Notes under the pieces: model-generated
Database searches by the model: none
The model's input: the letters and a program-made list of their open reading frames with translations, nothing else
What the model was told of the DNA's origin: nothing
Translations under genes and position numbers: made by a program
Shown: piece after piece, positions 31,283-40,784 of the stretch
Position numbering within the stretch: the first letter of the stretch is position 1
How the letters are laid out: each line of letters starts with the position of its first letter
Origin: Candidatus Saganbacteria bacterium
Lineage (GTDB): Bacteria; Margulisbacteria; WOR-1; XYC2-FULL-46-14; XYC2-FULL-37-10
DNA: 64,000 nucleotides
Assembly: GCA_016223245.1 (NCBI GenBank)
Contig: JACRPL010000003.1
Location: 74,078 to 138,077 of the forward strand
Reading direction: 5' to 3'

Positions 31283-31372
31283 GGAGGGATGGCTGAGCGG
31301 TTGAAAGCGGTCGCCTCGAAAGCGACTATACTGGAAACAGTATCGGGGGTTCGAATCCTCCTCCCTCCGCCA
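31283..31372 (+). tRNA. tRNA-Ser (anticodon CGA), 90 nt with encoded CCA
   Basis: Folded by eye: 7-bp acceptor GGAGGGA/TCCCTCC, D-arm GCT-GAGCGGTTGAA-AGC, anticodon arm GTCGC-CTCGAAA-GCGAC, long variable arm, T-arm GGGGG-TTCGAAT-CCTCC, GCCA. Confidence 0.85.
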
Positions 31373-31704
31373 GTTGAGAAATGTCTTTGTTGGCTCGCCC
31401 GAGGCTAAGGCTCGCCAACCGTTTTTCATAGAAATTTCAAGCCGTTTTGAATTCAGTAAGGCCAAGAGAAAACTTTTTGAATTTTTATTGATTAAGACAA
31501 CCGACATACCCCGAGCGCAAGCTCGAGGGAATATGAGTCTTTTTAGCCCCCTGATATAATTGGAGACAGGTTAGGAAGCGAACATTTTCCGACGGTTTTT
31601 GAAACTAAGCAATTTTTTGAGAGTTTTCCGAGGTTCTAATCTCTAATTGCTGGTTTTTTCTTTCCCATCACCTCCATTCCCCCAATTTTGGAAACAGTTA
31701 ATCC

Positions 31705-32244
31705 TTATGCCGCCGTAGCGGCCGGTTCCAAGGGCGGAGGAGCAGCGAATATTTTCTTGAGATTGTATGCCATGTAAGTTAGCAAAGATTGGGCATGTGT
31801 CTTAAGCTCGCCCCAGTAGCGCGATCTTTTCAGGCGATAACTGCGCTTGCCAACGGCAAAAGGCACCTCGACCATACAGCGCATGCTCCGGGCGTAAACA
31901 TAATCATCGTTGCTTTCTTTAAAAGAGACATTGAGGAAAAAACGGAAAAGAATGTAGAGATTGATGAGTTCTTCAAGCTGGTAGTCGGAATTAAGCTGCA
32001 TCGCCTCTTTAAGAAAAAGTATCTTAAACATCAAAACCGGATCGAAAGCACTCTGGCCATTCTTACTATAGCAATTCTTCGCTTCCTCACGGATGAACGA
32101 CCAATCGAAATCGACCAGTTTAACCAGGATATGAGACGCATAATTGTTCTTGACGTTTTTGGCAAATTCTGCCTCGAAGAGATTCCCGCCGAAACCTTTT
32201 AACTCTTTGAACATAAGACACCTCCATAGAAATGATACAACCAT
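31705..32244 (-). pseudogene. internally deleted transposase (IS5/IS1182 family: N-terminal DUF772-like segment joined to C-terminal ...LLTYMAYNLKKI tail)
   Basis: 179 aa, far shorter than typical transposases of this family; C-terminal AYNLKK motif typical of IS1182/IS5 transposases. Confidence 0.55.
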
Positions 32245-32484
32245 TGTAGCAAATGGCTAAAAAGCTAAAATTGAAATAGGCTAGCCGACTGGGGCGGGCT
32301 TTCTTTTTTGGACAAAAATCCTAAAAATATTTTTTTATCGCCACAAAGAACATCTGACGATTGCTTAATGGCTAGATAAAATGAGGGTTGAGCCCGTGGG
32401 GCTTAACAAGGTATAATGCTATTAGTGAAAGGCTCGAAGAAACCGCGACGCTTGTCCCGATTCCCACATCGGGATTTAGTCGCT

Positions 32485-32499
32485 GGTTTCTGAGTTGCT
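32485..32499 (+). promoter_or_regulatory. sigma-54-like -24/-12 motif embedded in the IS left end, facing outward toward rarA
   Basis: CTGGTTTCTGAGTTGCTA: GG-N10-GC with TTGC at -12; same motif in the copies at 11745-11759 and 13587-13601. Confidence 0.35.
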
Positions 32500-32750
32500 A
32501 ATCGGTCTCATCTTTTCTGATTTGCGACCTTTAATTACGCGAATGCGCGATTTTCTTAAGTTGGTATTAAAAGAATTTGCCGCCAACTGCTTGAAAAGCA
32601 GGCAAGCACAACTTATAATTAGTGTAGCTTGCAGCAAAACTTGAAATCGTCCTTTCCGCCTGCCGAGTCCAGAGAATTTCGCTCGGATATTTTCAAACAG
32701 ACACCGTTCAAACATATAACAAATTGTGATATGTTTGATATACTTATCCC

Positions 32751-33890
32751 ATGGAACTCTTCCAAGATCAAGGAAAACCAGAAGACCAGCCTCTTGCATA
32801 CCGCATGGCACCTCGAACAGTTGATGAAATATCAGGCCAAGAAGAAATATTGGGGCAGGGGAAATTATTAAGGCGGTTAATCGAAGCCGACAAGATCACA
32901 TCTATTATTCTTTATGGACCACCCGGAGTCGGAAAAACTGTAATTGCTCGCGTTATTGCCAATACAACCAAAGGCCACTTTGAGTGGCTTAATGCCGCAA
33001 CGGCTTCAGTTGACGATATTCGAACTGCCAGCCTCCAGGCCAAACAGCGAAGAAAATTAAATGGATTAAAGACTATTCTTTTCCTGGATGAAATCCATCG
33101 CTTCAATAAGCTTCAGCAGGATTCATTATTGCCCGATGTTGAAGAGGGCAATCTTATCTTGATCGGCGCAACAACAGAAAATCCTTTCTTTTATGTGAAT
33201 TCGGCGTTGGTTTCGAGGTCGCAAATATTTGAATTGAAACCTTTATCGACCGAAAACCTAAAAATAGTAATTAATTCGGCTATTAAAGACGCAGATCGTG
33301 GATATGGCAAATTAAAAATCGATATAAATAGTGAAGCACTTGAACATTTATCAAAACTGTCGGATGGAGACGCAAGGCGAGCGCTCTCCGCCCTGGAATT
33401 GGCCGTCCTTTCAACGCAAAAAGATAAGAGTGGGACAATAAATATTGATCTGAAGGTGGCCGAAGAATCGATCCAAAAGAAAAAAGTTGTCTACGACAAA
33501 AAAGGCGACCAACATTACGACACTATTTCCGCTTTTATAAAATCTATGCGCGGTTCAGATCCAGACGCAGCGCTATATTATCTTGCGAAAATGATACATG
33601 CCGGTGAAGATCCAAGGTTTATCGCAAGGCGCATTGTTATTTGTGCCGCCGAAGATGTCGGGAATGCTGATCCTTTGGCATTGGTTATTTCAAACGCCGC
33701 TATGCAGGTAGCTGAGTTTGTAGGACTTCCGGAAGCAAGAATTCCATTGGCCCAAGCTACAACCTATGTCTCAACGGCGCCAAAAAGCAACGCGGCTTAT
33801 ATGGGAATAAATGAAGCTTTAAAAAAAGTTGAGAATGAAGTTACTCAAGCCGTTCCCGAGCATCTAAAAAATTATACGAGAAAGAACTAA
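32751..33890 (+). CDS. rarA: replication-associated recombination protein A (AAA+ ATPase RarA/MgsA)
   Basis: 379 aa; LAYRMAPRTVDEISGQ, GPPGVGKT Walker A, C-terminal MgsA helical domain. Confidence 0.8.
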   Translation: MELFQDQGKPEDQPLAYRMAPRTVDEISGQEEILGQGKLLRRLIEADKITSIILYGPPGVGKTVIARVIANTTKGHFEWLNAATASVDDIRTASLQAKQRRKLNGLKTILFLDEIHRFNKLQQDSLLPDVEEGNLILIGATTENPFFYVNSALVSRSQIFELKPLSTENLKIVINSAIKDADRGYGKLKIDINSEALEHLSKLSDGDARRALSALELAVLSTQKDKSGTINIDLKVAEESIQKKKVVYDKKGDQHYDTISAFIKSMRGSDPDAALYYLAKMIHAGEDPRFIARRIVICAAEDVGNADPLALVISNAAMQVAEFVGLPEARIPLAQATTYVSTAPKSNAAYMGINEALKKVENEVTQAVPEHLKNYTRKN

Positions 33891-34861
33891 TTCAACACAA
33901 CCTTCAGGCACTCTTTTCCTTCAGCGATAATTTTAAAACCCTCTTGGATCTTTTCTAGAGGCAAGTGATGGGTTACAAGGCCTTTTATTTTAACCTTGCC
34001 GGTTTTAATTAATTTTAGAGCTTCCTCGAGATTAACAGGTCCGGCGCCATATGATGATGTGACTGTGATCTCGTTGCGCCAAAAATTTTCGGTTGGGATC
34101 TCAATATTCTTATTTGGAATAGCAAAAAAAAGAATGAAGCCCTTTCTGTCAATGCAATTAAAGGCCTGCTCAACCGCGGAATATGCTCCTGTACAAACAA
34201 TTATCCTGTCGGCTTTGATATTAATATTTTGGCGCGCATCGATAACTTGGTCTGCGCCGAATTCTTTTGCCTTGTTCAGCCTATATTCGGAAATATCTGT
34301 TGCGAGAACCTTCGCGCCGGCCAATTTTGCAATCAAAATGTTTAATAATCCGGAGACGCCGCTTCCGAGTACCAATACAGTATGATCTTTCTTGACGCCG
34401 ATCGCTTTTTGGCCGCGGATAGCGCAGGCTAAAGGTTCGATCAATGTCCCTTCGTCGTTTGAGACATTTTTCGGCAATAAGTAAGTGCCTTTTTCGACAT
34501 TTATCTTTGGGACGCGGACAAATTCGCTGTAGCCGCCCGGGTCATAGTTGCCTTTATGAAGCGTTTCACACGCAGTTTGGTTTCCTTCTCTGCAATACTT
34601 GCATTCTTCGCAAGGGACATGATGGCTTACAAATACTCTCTGCCCGACTTTGTATTTTCCGGACTTGGATTCGACAATTTCGCCTGCAATTTCGTGGCCT
34701 AATATCCTTGGGGCTTTTTTGATGCGGTACCATTCCATTAAGTCTGTCCCGCAAATCCCGCTTGCCAGGACTTTCACCAATATTTCGCCGTCGTTTATCG
34801 AAGGTTTTGGCCGCTCTTCGATCCGGATGTCATTATTATTGTGGTAAACAGCTGCACGCAT
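33887..34861 (-). CDS. zinc-dependent alcohol dehydrogenase family protein (threonine/sorbitol dehydrogenase-like)
   Basis: 324 aa; GHEIAGEIVE catalytic Zn motif, C..C..C..C structural Zn site, GSGVSGLLNILIAKLAGA Rossmann motif. Confidence 0.75.
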   Translation of the reverse strand: MRAAVYHNNNDIRIEERPKPSINDGEILVKVLASGICGTDLMEWYRIKKAPRILGHEIAGEIVESKSGKYKVGQRVFVSHHVPCEECKYCREGNQTACETLHKGNYDPGGYSEFVRVPKINVEKGTYLLPKNVSNDEGTLIEPLACAIRGQKAIGVKKDHTVLVLGSGVSGLLNILIAKLAGAKVLATDISEYRLNKAKEFGADQVIDARQNINIKADRIIVCTGAYSAVEQAFNCIDRKGFILFFAIPNKNIEIPTENFWRNEITVTSSYGAGPVNLEEALKLIKTGKVKIKGLVTHHLPLEKIQEGFKIIAEGKECLKVVLN

Positions 34862-35647
34862 CTATTTGTTTTCGTTGAAAATATCTTGAGCTTCTTTTAC
34901 GCTGGCATTCTTATGGATTATTGCTTGAAGAGCCGCCGCAACAGCCACAGGATGGGGACTTTGCCAAACATTTCGCCCAAGATTTATGCCGACAGACCCT
35001 TTTTGCATTCCGTCGTGTACGAATTTAAAAACGTCATGTTCGGTCGCGCATTTGGGCCCCCCGGCCATTACAACCGGGACTGGACAGCCATTAACAACTT
35101 TGTCGAAATCTTTTTCGCACCAATAGGTTTTTACGACTTTGGCGCCAAGCTCTGCCGCTATCCGACAAGCTAAAGCTAGATAGCGAGCTTCAAGCTTTTC
35201 CATTTCTTTGCCGACCGCGGTAACAGCCATTACCGGGATGTCATATTTTTCGCAAAGATTTACCAATTCGGCCAAATTCAATAAAGTTTCTTTTTCATAG
35301 TTGCTTCCGACAAAGATCGAAACTCCCACAGAGCTTGCATTAAGCCGGAGGATCTCTTCGATGGATGTGGTAAGCCCTTCATTCGCGAGGTCTTTTCCTA
35401 CAATGCTCGTGCCGCCGGACACCCTTAATATTATCGGTTTGCTTATATTCGCATCGATTGAGGAGCGTAAAACGCCTCTGGTTACAAAAAGAGCATCGCA
35501 ATAAGGCAGCAGCGGTTTAATTGTCTCACCCGGTTTTTCAAGGCAATGCGTGGGCCCCTGGAAATATCCATGGTCTATCGGCAAAAAGAAACAATGTCCG
35601 TCGTCTTGAAATAATTTGCTTAACCTGTTTTTCATTCCCCAATTCAT
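34862..35647 (-). CDS. DhnA-type class I aldolase (LsrF / ADH-synthase family)
   Basis: 261 aa; DhnA-family pattern with Schiff-base lysine region (AELGAKVVKTYW). Confidence 0.65.
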   Translation of the reverse strand: MNWGMKNRLSKLFQDDGHCFFLPIDHGYFQGPTHCLEKPGETIKPLLPYCDALFVTRGVLRSSIDANISKPIILRVSGGTSIVGKDLANEGLTTSIEEILRLNASSVGVSIFVGSNYEKETLLNLAELVNLCEKYDIPVMAVTAVGKEMEKLEARYLALACRIAAELGAKVVKTYWCEKDFDKVVNGCPVPVVMAGGPKCATEHDVFKFVHDGMQKGSVGINLGRNVWQSPHPVAVAAALQAIIHKNASVKEAQDIFNENK

Positions 35648-35685
35648 GATTATTCCTCCTATTATGGGCCAGTTTCAAACTATCT

Positions 35686-36471
35686 TCAAGCTGACAATAG
35701 TTGTTCTATGTAAAACTTAGCCCTTTCAACATACTCCGCTTCTTTTTCCTCGAATAAAAATGGGCGCAGGGAATTTGCCATCTTTTCAAGCTCTTTATCG
35801 GGAATGGCAAAAATGATCTCTTTTAGGAATTCCCTGGGGGAGATATTGACCTTTTTTTCCCTTAAAATATAATCGTCCACCGGGAATTTTTTTGAAAGCA
35901 TCATGATAAGATCATAAACATGGCGGCCCCTTCTGTGGGTGCTTAATGCCAGCATTTTCTCGCAAAAAATATAGCCATCGGTCATAGTGAAAATCGGGAA
36001 CATTTCCCCGAAGTTATTGACGACCACCTCATTGGTCTTCAGTTCCCATGATGGCTGGTGGATCTCGACCTTTACCATCAATTGCCCTCTTGCATCTATT
36101 AATTGATAAGCGCTTTGAAGCTCCCTATTAAAAGTGAATTTCGCGGTTAAAAGGTTGCCGCGATGATCGAAATCGACGCCGCTGTTCAAGTTCTCGCGTT
36201 CAAACTCGCTTTGGACATAATGCGCCATATCCACGAATTCATTTTTTTTGAATTTTTCACCGTTAAAATCGAGGTCTTCCGAGAACCTTTTAAACCCGTG
36301 GACGAAACGCAGGTAAGTCCCACCTAAAAAATAGGATCTTTTCCCCAAAGGATGCCTATATAAATGTTTTAGGATAAGGGTTTGGATGTATTCGCGCAAA
36401 ATCCCCCTTATCTTATTTGTCGGCATCCCTTTATTCTTCGCGTATTCGAGAAGCGCTTCATAAGTTAGCAT
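35686..36471 (-). CDS. abiEii: nucleotidyltransferase toxin AbiEii (DUF1814)
   Basis: 261 aa; GGTYLRFVHG...RFSEDLDF nucleotidyltransferase motif; overlaps the upstream AbiEi gene. Confidence 0.7.
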   Translation of the reverse strand: MLTYEALLEYAKNKGMPTNKIRGILREYIQTLILKHLYRHPLGKRSYFLGGTYLRFVHGFKRFSEDLDFNGEKFKKNEFVDMAHYVQSEFERENLNSGVDFDHRGNLLTAKFTFNRELQSAYQLIDARGQLMVKVEIHQPSWELKTNEVVVNNFGEMFPIFTMTDGYIFCEKMLALSTHRRGRHVYDLIMMLSKKFPVDDYILREKKVNISPREFLKEIIFAIPDKELEKMANSLRPFLFEEKEAEYVERAKFYIEQLLSA

Positions 36472-37057
36472 ATATTTTGTTGATCTCCTCCTTGATCTTC
36501 TTTGGATATAATTTCATGTATATTTGCAGCTTCTTTTTATCCAAAAGTCTTAATGCCTTTATTTCGAAGCGCTTTGAAATTTCCCCATTGGTCCTCAATT
36601 TAAGATACAAATAATCTATCAGCGCCTTTTCCGGTTCAGCGATTTTGATATCAAAACCTTGTTCTTTAATAATCCGATATCCCGTAAAAGCTTTGGGCCG
36701 GACCGTTCGATAAACAAACGATCCAAATCGGCGCGTTGCCTTTGTTGTTACCGAAGTTACACCTATCGCGACTTCGGGGATAATGCTGTAGGTTGATAGC
36801 GCGGTCTCAAGTGAAACATATGACGGCTCGTAGAGGCGATTGGCAATGAACATATCAGGGATATTTTTCCGTTCAGGGTAAGCGATCTCGTAAAAACCGC
36901 GGCGAATAGCTCTTAGCCAGCCTTTTTTCTTCCAAAAATATACCTGGAATTTAAGGGTTCTTGGTGACTCCTTTGGGAAAAGTCTTTTCAAGTCCCTAAA
37001 GCTAAAAACATACAGCTGGTTCTTGGTTAGCTTTTTGTATAGTTCTTCATATTTCAT
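36458..37057 (-). CDS. abiEi: AbiEi-family antitoxin/transcriptional regulator
   Basis: 199 aa; ...SYVSLETALSTYSIIPE... motif typical of AbiEi; immediately upstream of AbiEii. Confidence 0.65.
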   Translation of the reverse strand: MKYEELYKKLTKNQLYVFSFRDLKRLFPKESPRTLKFQVYFWKKKGWLRAIRRGFYEIAYPERKNIPDMFIANRLYEPSYVSLETALSTYSIIPEVAIGVTSVTTKATRRFGSFVYRTVRPKAFTGYRIIKEQGFDIKIAEPEKALIDYLYLKLRTNGEISKRFEIKALRLLDKKKLQIYMKLYPKKIKEEINKIYANL

Positions 37058-37114
37058 TTGGTTATAATATATTATAACTTACTGAAACATCCATTGTCAA
37101 GCACCGGAAATAAT

Positions 37115-40087
37115 TTAGTGTTCCGGTGCCGTGATGTTAAGCGGCGAATGCAAAAAAGCAGGAAGATGAGGAACTGTTTCATGTCTGCCAGATTCCAGCG
37201 CTGCCGCTGTCTTTCGAGCAAAATCAATGACATCAGTCGGCAACCCCATTTTCTCCGCTACATCAATACCTGAACTGCGCCCTCTTCCTTCCTGCAATTC
37301 AAACGGCTTATCCCCAAAAAACTCAACCGATAATGGCCGATGGGGAAGAGTGTCTTTTGGCATTCGGTCGACATATTCAAATAGCTCGGTATAGTTGGTT
37401 GTCAAAACTACTTTGGCACTGTGCTTGGCTAAATAGCGGGCAATAGCACTTTGCAAGGCCGCCGCCTCCTCTCCCGAAGTTCCCTTCGCAGGCTCATCCA
37501 AAAAGATCAAAGGTTTTTCGGCGCCCGCATCGGAATCAGCCAAGTCGATCACGCGTTTTAGCCGGCGCAGTTCCCCGGTGAAGGAGCTTGCTTCGGCTGT
37601 GTGGCCGGCAGTTTCGATGGCCGCGATGATCCGCCCAAATTTAGGAATTGAAGCAGAACTGCCAGGAACATATCCAAATTGCTGGCGGCAGAGCGCCGCC
37701 ATGGCCAAACCAAGCGCCGCATGCGTTTTTCCCCCGCCGTTTGTGCCGGTAAGAACCATAACCGGAGTCCCATCAAGATCAGTCGACGGCCAAGAAAGTG
37801 GAACGACTTCATCTGCCGCCATACTGCCGGTTAAGATCGGACTCCTGGATCGAGATAGAGACAGGCTGTCGCTTTCTTCCGCTCGCGCCCATCCCTGCTC
37901 GCGAACTGTCTCGGCAAAACCCAGCAGAGCATTTAGCTCCAGATATTTTTTGTAGAGTGAAGTCAAAGCGGGTACTGCCGTCGACATGGTGGACGCCCAT
38001 CTTTTCCAATTTTCTTTAATAAAGCCCATAATTTGGATCCATATACCATTAGCGTACTCTTGAGCCTCCACCGGGCCAAGCGGACTATTTTCCAATATAA
38101 CAGGATCAATTTTTGGCGCCAAAAGCAAGGATAACTTTGAGTTTATCTTATTAACCAATTCTTGTTTTAATTTTTCCAAATCAAGGCTTGAAATTGCTTC
38201 TTCGATCAACGCCGACACAGCCCCTAGTTCATCCAGAGTAATTTGAGCGGATTCAGGCGCGTCGGGATTGTTGAGGCCTGCATCGGAAAGCGCCAGGCTT
38301 AAAGTGGCAGTGAACCCCAGCCGCTGGCGCAGGCGGGAAAAAATATATATTCTCATTGCTTCAAAATTTAGATAAGCCTTTTTTTCTTCTGCTATATCCT
38401 TTGCCATTGAACTGAAGAGCTTATCAAGCGCCTCACTGGTGTGGCGAATTTTATCTTCTTTGTCATCCCAGTGAACCATAAAAGAACCGTCTTGGGCATA
38501 CCAGAGCAGCAGTCCTTCAAAATAAGCGCCGAACGAAACAGCCGCCTTCATCTCGTCAAACTGCTCTTGCGGCAGTCCCACTAAACTTTGAAACCAGCGA
38601 TAGCGGGATTCTCTCTCTGCTGGAGAAAGCGAGCGGGTAAGCTCCAATCCGACCCAGTGGCCGACCACTCTCGGTATCTCTACGACGCGTTTTGAAAATT
38701 CATGGCTTGGTGCTTCGTCTTCTGGGCGATTGCTTGTTCGTGCTTCTTCTAAAGCTATAGGTGAATTTTCCGCAAAAACCAATGCGGCTGGCCCGATCCA
38801 CAGATAAAATAGTCGGTGATCAATATCGTAGACCTCTCGCGGAACCATTGTCAAATCAATATTTCCCTGCTGATCAACAAATTGTTGTTTATTGTTCCAA
38901 ACCCCGATCTGAAGCGCATCGTAGGGTGTAATTTCAAAATTCTCTGCTGTTTCCCCGTGTTTCCAAGTTTTGACAGGGTCAAGCGCAACGCTGCGTCCCT
39001 CCTTCATGGCCAGGTAAATATTATGAGCTTCCGATACAATTTCATCAGGGTATCCTTCTTTAGCCGCCCGGGCAATGGCGCCGCTTTCTGCGGCACCTTT
39101 CTTCAGATGATGTTCGGAATCAACCGTTAAAATTTTAACTTTTGGATCAATAAGCAGTTCTCCGATTTTATTGTAATGCGTGGAGGCTACAACATAGGCT
39201 CCGCGGCTGATACAGCCGGCAATAAAGCCGCTAAGCAGAGCATAGCCGTCTACCCGCGAGGTGCCGCGCCCTGGTTCATCCATTAAAACAACTGCCGGAA
39301 GCCCCTTTTCGCGAACCCTATCAATTTCCGCAAACACTTCGATGTAGCGCAGTATCTCATTTTGAAAAGCGCTGGCAGTCAGAGTATGGCGGGAAACATT
39401 TACATTCATCTCCAGCGCTCCAACCGGTTCCAATGAAGCGGCTCGCGCAAAAATCGGTATGCCGCGGTTAGCCATGATAATTGCGTTGCCAACCGCTTCC
39501 AAAATATGCGTTTTACCGTTGCCGTTGCCGCCCGAAATGACCCAAACCGGGTTTTGCGGCGAAAGATCTATATCAAAGGGACAAATATCTGCCGCCCCGA
39601 ATAATTTTGGGTTAAATCTGTCCTTGTCAGAAGCCGGATCTTGGCGGAGTACCAGAGTAGGATTTCGCAATTCTTTGAACGAAATGCCCGCCGAAGAGAC
39701 AAGCTCCGGCAAAACTGATGGGATACCCAATTTTTTCGCTTGCTCAAACAATCTTTTCCACATTACGAGCGTATCGTATTCCCGCAGGGCAAGGTAGAGG
39801 CCGCGAACAATCTCTTTATGGCCGGAAAGCAACCTGGCAGTTTGTTCACAAATATAAGGTGGACTGGCCTCTTCCTCGTCTTTTCGGATATTGGTTATTG
39901 CCGAGCTAGACAATACCTTGCGCAATTCTGGGATAAAGAGCGCTTCCAAAAATATTTTTACTCTTAGGGCATTTTCCTGTTCAAAGGGAGTATTGCCAGA
40001 AGCCCAAAATTGTCCAAGTTGTTCTACCCCGCGGAGAAAATTGGCGGGCGAATAAAATAGTCCTCGAAGAAAGTCGCCATGTTTCGC
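37115..40087 (-). CDS. large tandem MutS-domain-V (ABC-type ATPase) protein; 5' end abuts an IS/mtnA-fragment junction (possibly 5'-truncated)
   Basis: Two MutS-like ATPase modules: GGNGNGKTH...LMDEPGRGTS and GTNGGGKTH...FLDEPAKGTS; no ATG near the 40087 junction (first in-frame ATG at ~39772); visibly GC-rich codon usage. Confidence 0.55.
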   Translation of the reverse strand, partial: AKHGDFLRGLFYSPANFLRGVEQLGQFWASGNTPFEQENALRVKIFLEALFIPELRKVLSSSAITNIRKDEEEASPPYICEQTARLLSGHKEIVRGLYLALREYDTLVMWKRLFEQAKKLGIPSVLPELVSSAGISFKELRNPTLVLRQDPASDKDRFNPKLFGAADICPFDIDLSPQNPVWVISGGNGNGKTHILEAVGNAIIMANRGIPIFARAASLEPVGALEMNVNVSRHTLTASAFQNEILRYIEVFAEIDRVREKGLPAVVLMDEPGRGTSRVDGYALLSGFIAGCISRGAYVVASTHYNKIGELLIDPKVKILTVDSEHHLKKGAAESGAIARAAKEGYPDEIVSEAHNIYLAMKEGRSVALDPVKTWKHGETAENFEITPYDALQIGVWNNKQQFVDQQGNIDLTMVPREVYDIDHRLFYLWIGPAALVFAENSPIALEEARTSNRPEDEAPSHEFSKRVVEIPRVVGHWVGLELTRSLSPAERESRYRWFQSLVGLPQEQFDEMKAAVSFGAYFEGLLLWYAQDGSFMVHWDDKEDKIRHTSEALDKLFSSMAKDIAEEKKAYLNFEAMRIYIFSRLRQRLGFTATLSLALSDAGLNNPDAPESAQITLDELGAVSALIEEAISSLDLEKLKQELVNKINSKLSLLLAPKIDPVILENSPLGPVEAQEYANGIWIQIMGFIKENWKRWASTMSTAVPALTSLYKKYLELNALLGFAETVREQGWARAEESDSLSLSRSRSPILTGSMAADEVVPLSWPSTDLDGTPVMVLTGTNGGGKTHAALGLAMAALCRQQFGYVPGSSASIPKFGRIIAAIETAGHTAEASSFTGELRRLKRVIDLADSDAGAEKPLIFLDEPAKGTSGEEAAALQSAIARYLAKHSAKVVLTTNYTELFEYVDRMPKDTLPHRPLSVEFFGDKPFELQEGRGRSSGIDVAEKMGLPTDVIDFARKTAAALESGRHETVPHLPAFLHSPLNITAPEH

Positions 40088-40597
40088 AATGGCGCAAGCA
40101 TTTCTTGCTGGAGAAGATGTTGAAAAGGCAAAAAAAGAGATCGAAGCGACAAGGCCTATGGCGGAAGAGAAAAAGAAATTCAAAATCTCAACATCATTGA
40201 TTTTGTTATCCCGAAAAACAATCAGGCTTTCTGGAAGCAATGGAAGGAAAGCAATGATGATTACGTTTATGCCCGCAATATGCGGCCGATTTGCGAGAAA
40301 CCTTTTGCGGTCGGCAAGCGCAGTTATCGCCTCAAACGATGCCGCTACTGGGGATTACTCAAGACTCATGCCCAATCATTGCTGACTTACATGTCTTACA
40401 ATCTCAAAAAGATTTTTGCCCCGCCGCCTTTAGAACCGGCCGCGATTGCGGCCTAAGGGATAACTGCGCCCAAAATCGGGAAAATGGAGGTGATGGGAAA
40501 AGAAAAAACAGAAATTAGAGGTTAGATACTCAAAACTACTCAAAAAATCGATCGTTTTAAAAACCCTTCGGAAAATATTCGCTTCCTACCCGGTCTC
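40088..40597 (+). mobile_element. IS5/IS1182-like remnant copy C (70-bp duplicated mtnA fragment + transposase 3' end + right IR ...CCGGTCTCA)
   Basis: 40088-40160 is a ~90%-identical copy of 42220-42290 (mtnA); 40250-40450 encodes ...RSYRLKRCRYWGLLKTHAQSLLTYMSYNLKKIFAPPPLEPAAIAA, matching the C-terminus of the copy-B transposase. Confidence 0.55.
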
Positions 40598-40784
40598 AGC
40601 ATAAAACAACAAAACTATCTTATTATAAATACGATTAGAATACAACCCGGCTCGATACCTGCCGAATTAAATTAAACATCTGGAGTGTTCCCGAATGCTC
40701 AAAATAGCTGGCGTAAAAGTGAAATTTCTAAAACTTTCTCCCGATAGATATTTGGTATTACAGTATATAGGAGGAATGATAAAA

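Larger units (their letters stand above)
31561..32510 (-). mobile_element. IS5/IS1182-like insertion sequence, internally deleted copy B (both ends present, ~950 bp)
   Basis: Left end ...GGTCTCA at 32510 and right end TGGAGACAGGTTAGGAAGCG at 31561 (inverted repeat of TGAGACCGGGTAGGAAGCG seen at 40597). Confidence 0.65.

Noticed and set aside
37558-38019. Several overlapping ORFs on both strands inside the MutS-like gene
   Set aside because: The region looks GC-rich, so stop codons are rare in all frames. The 2.9-kb frame with two ATPase modules explains the coding signal.
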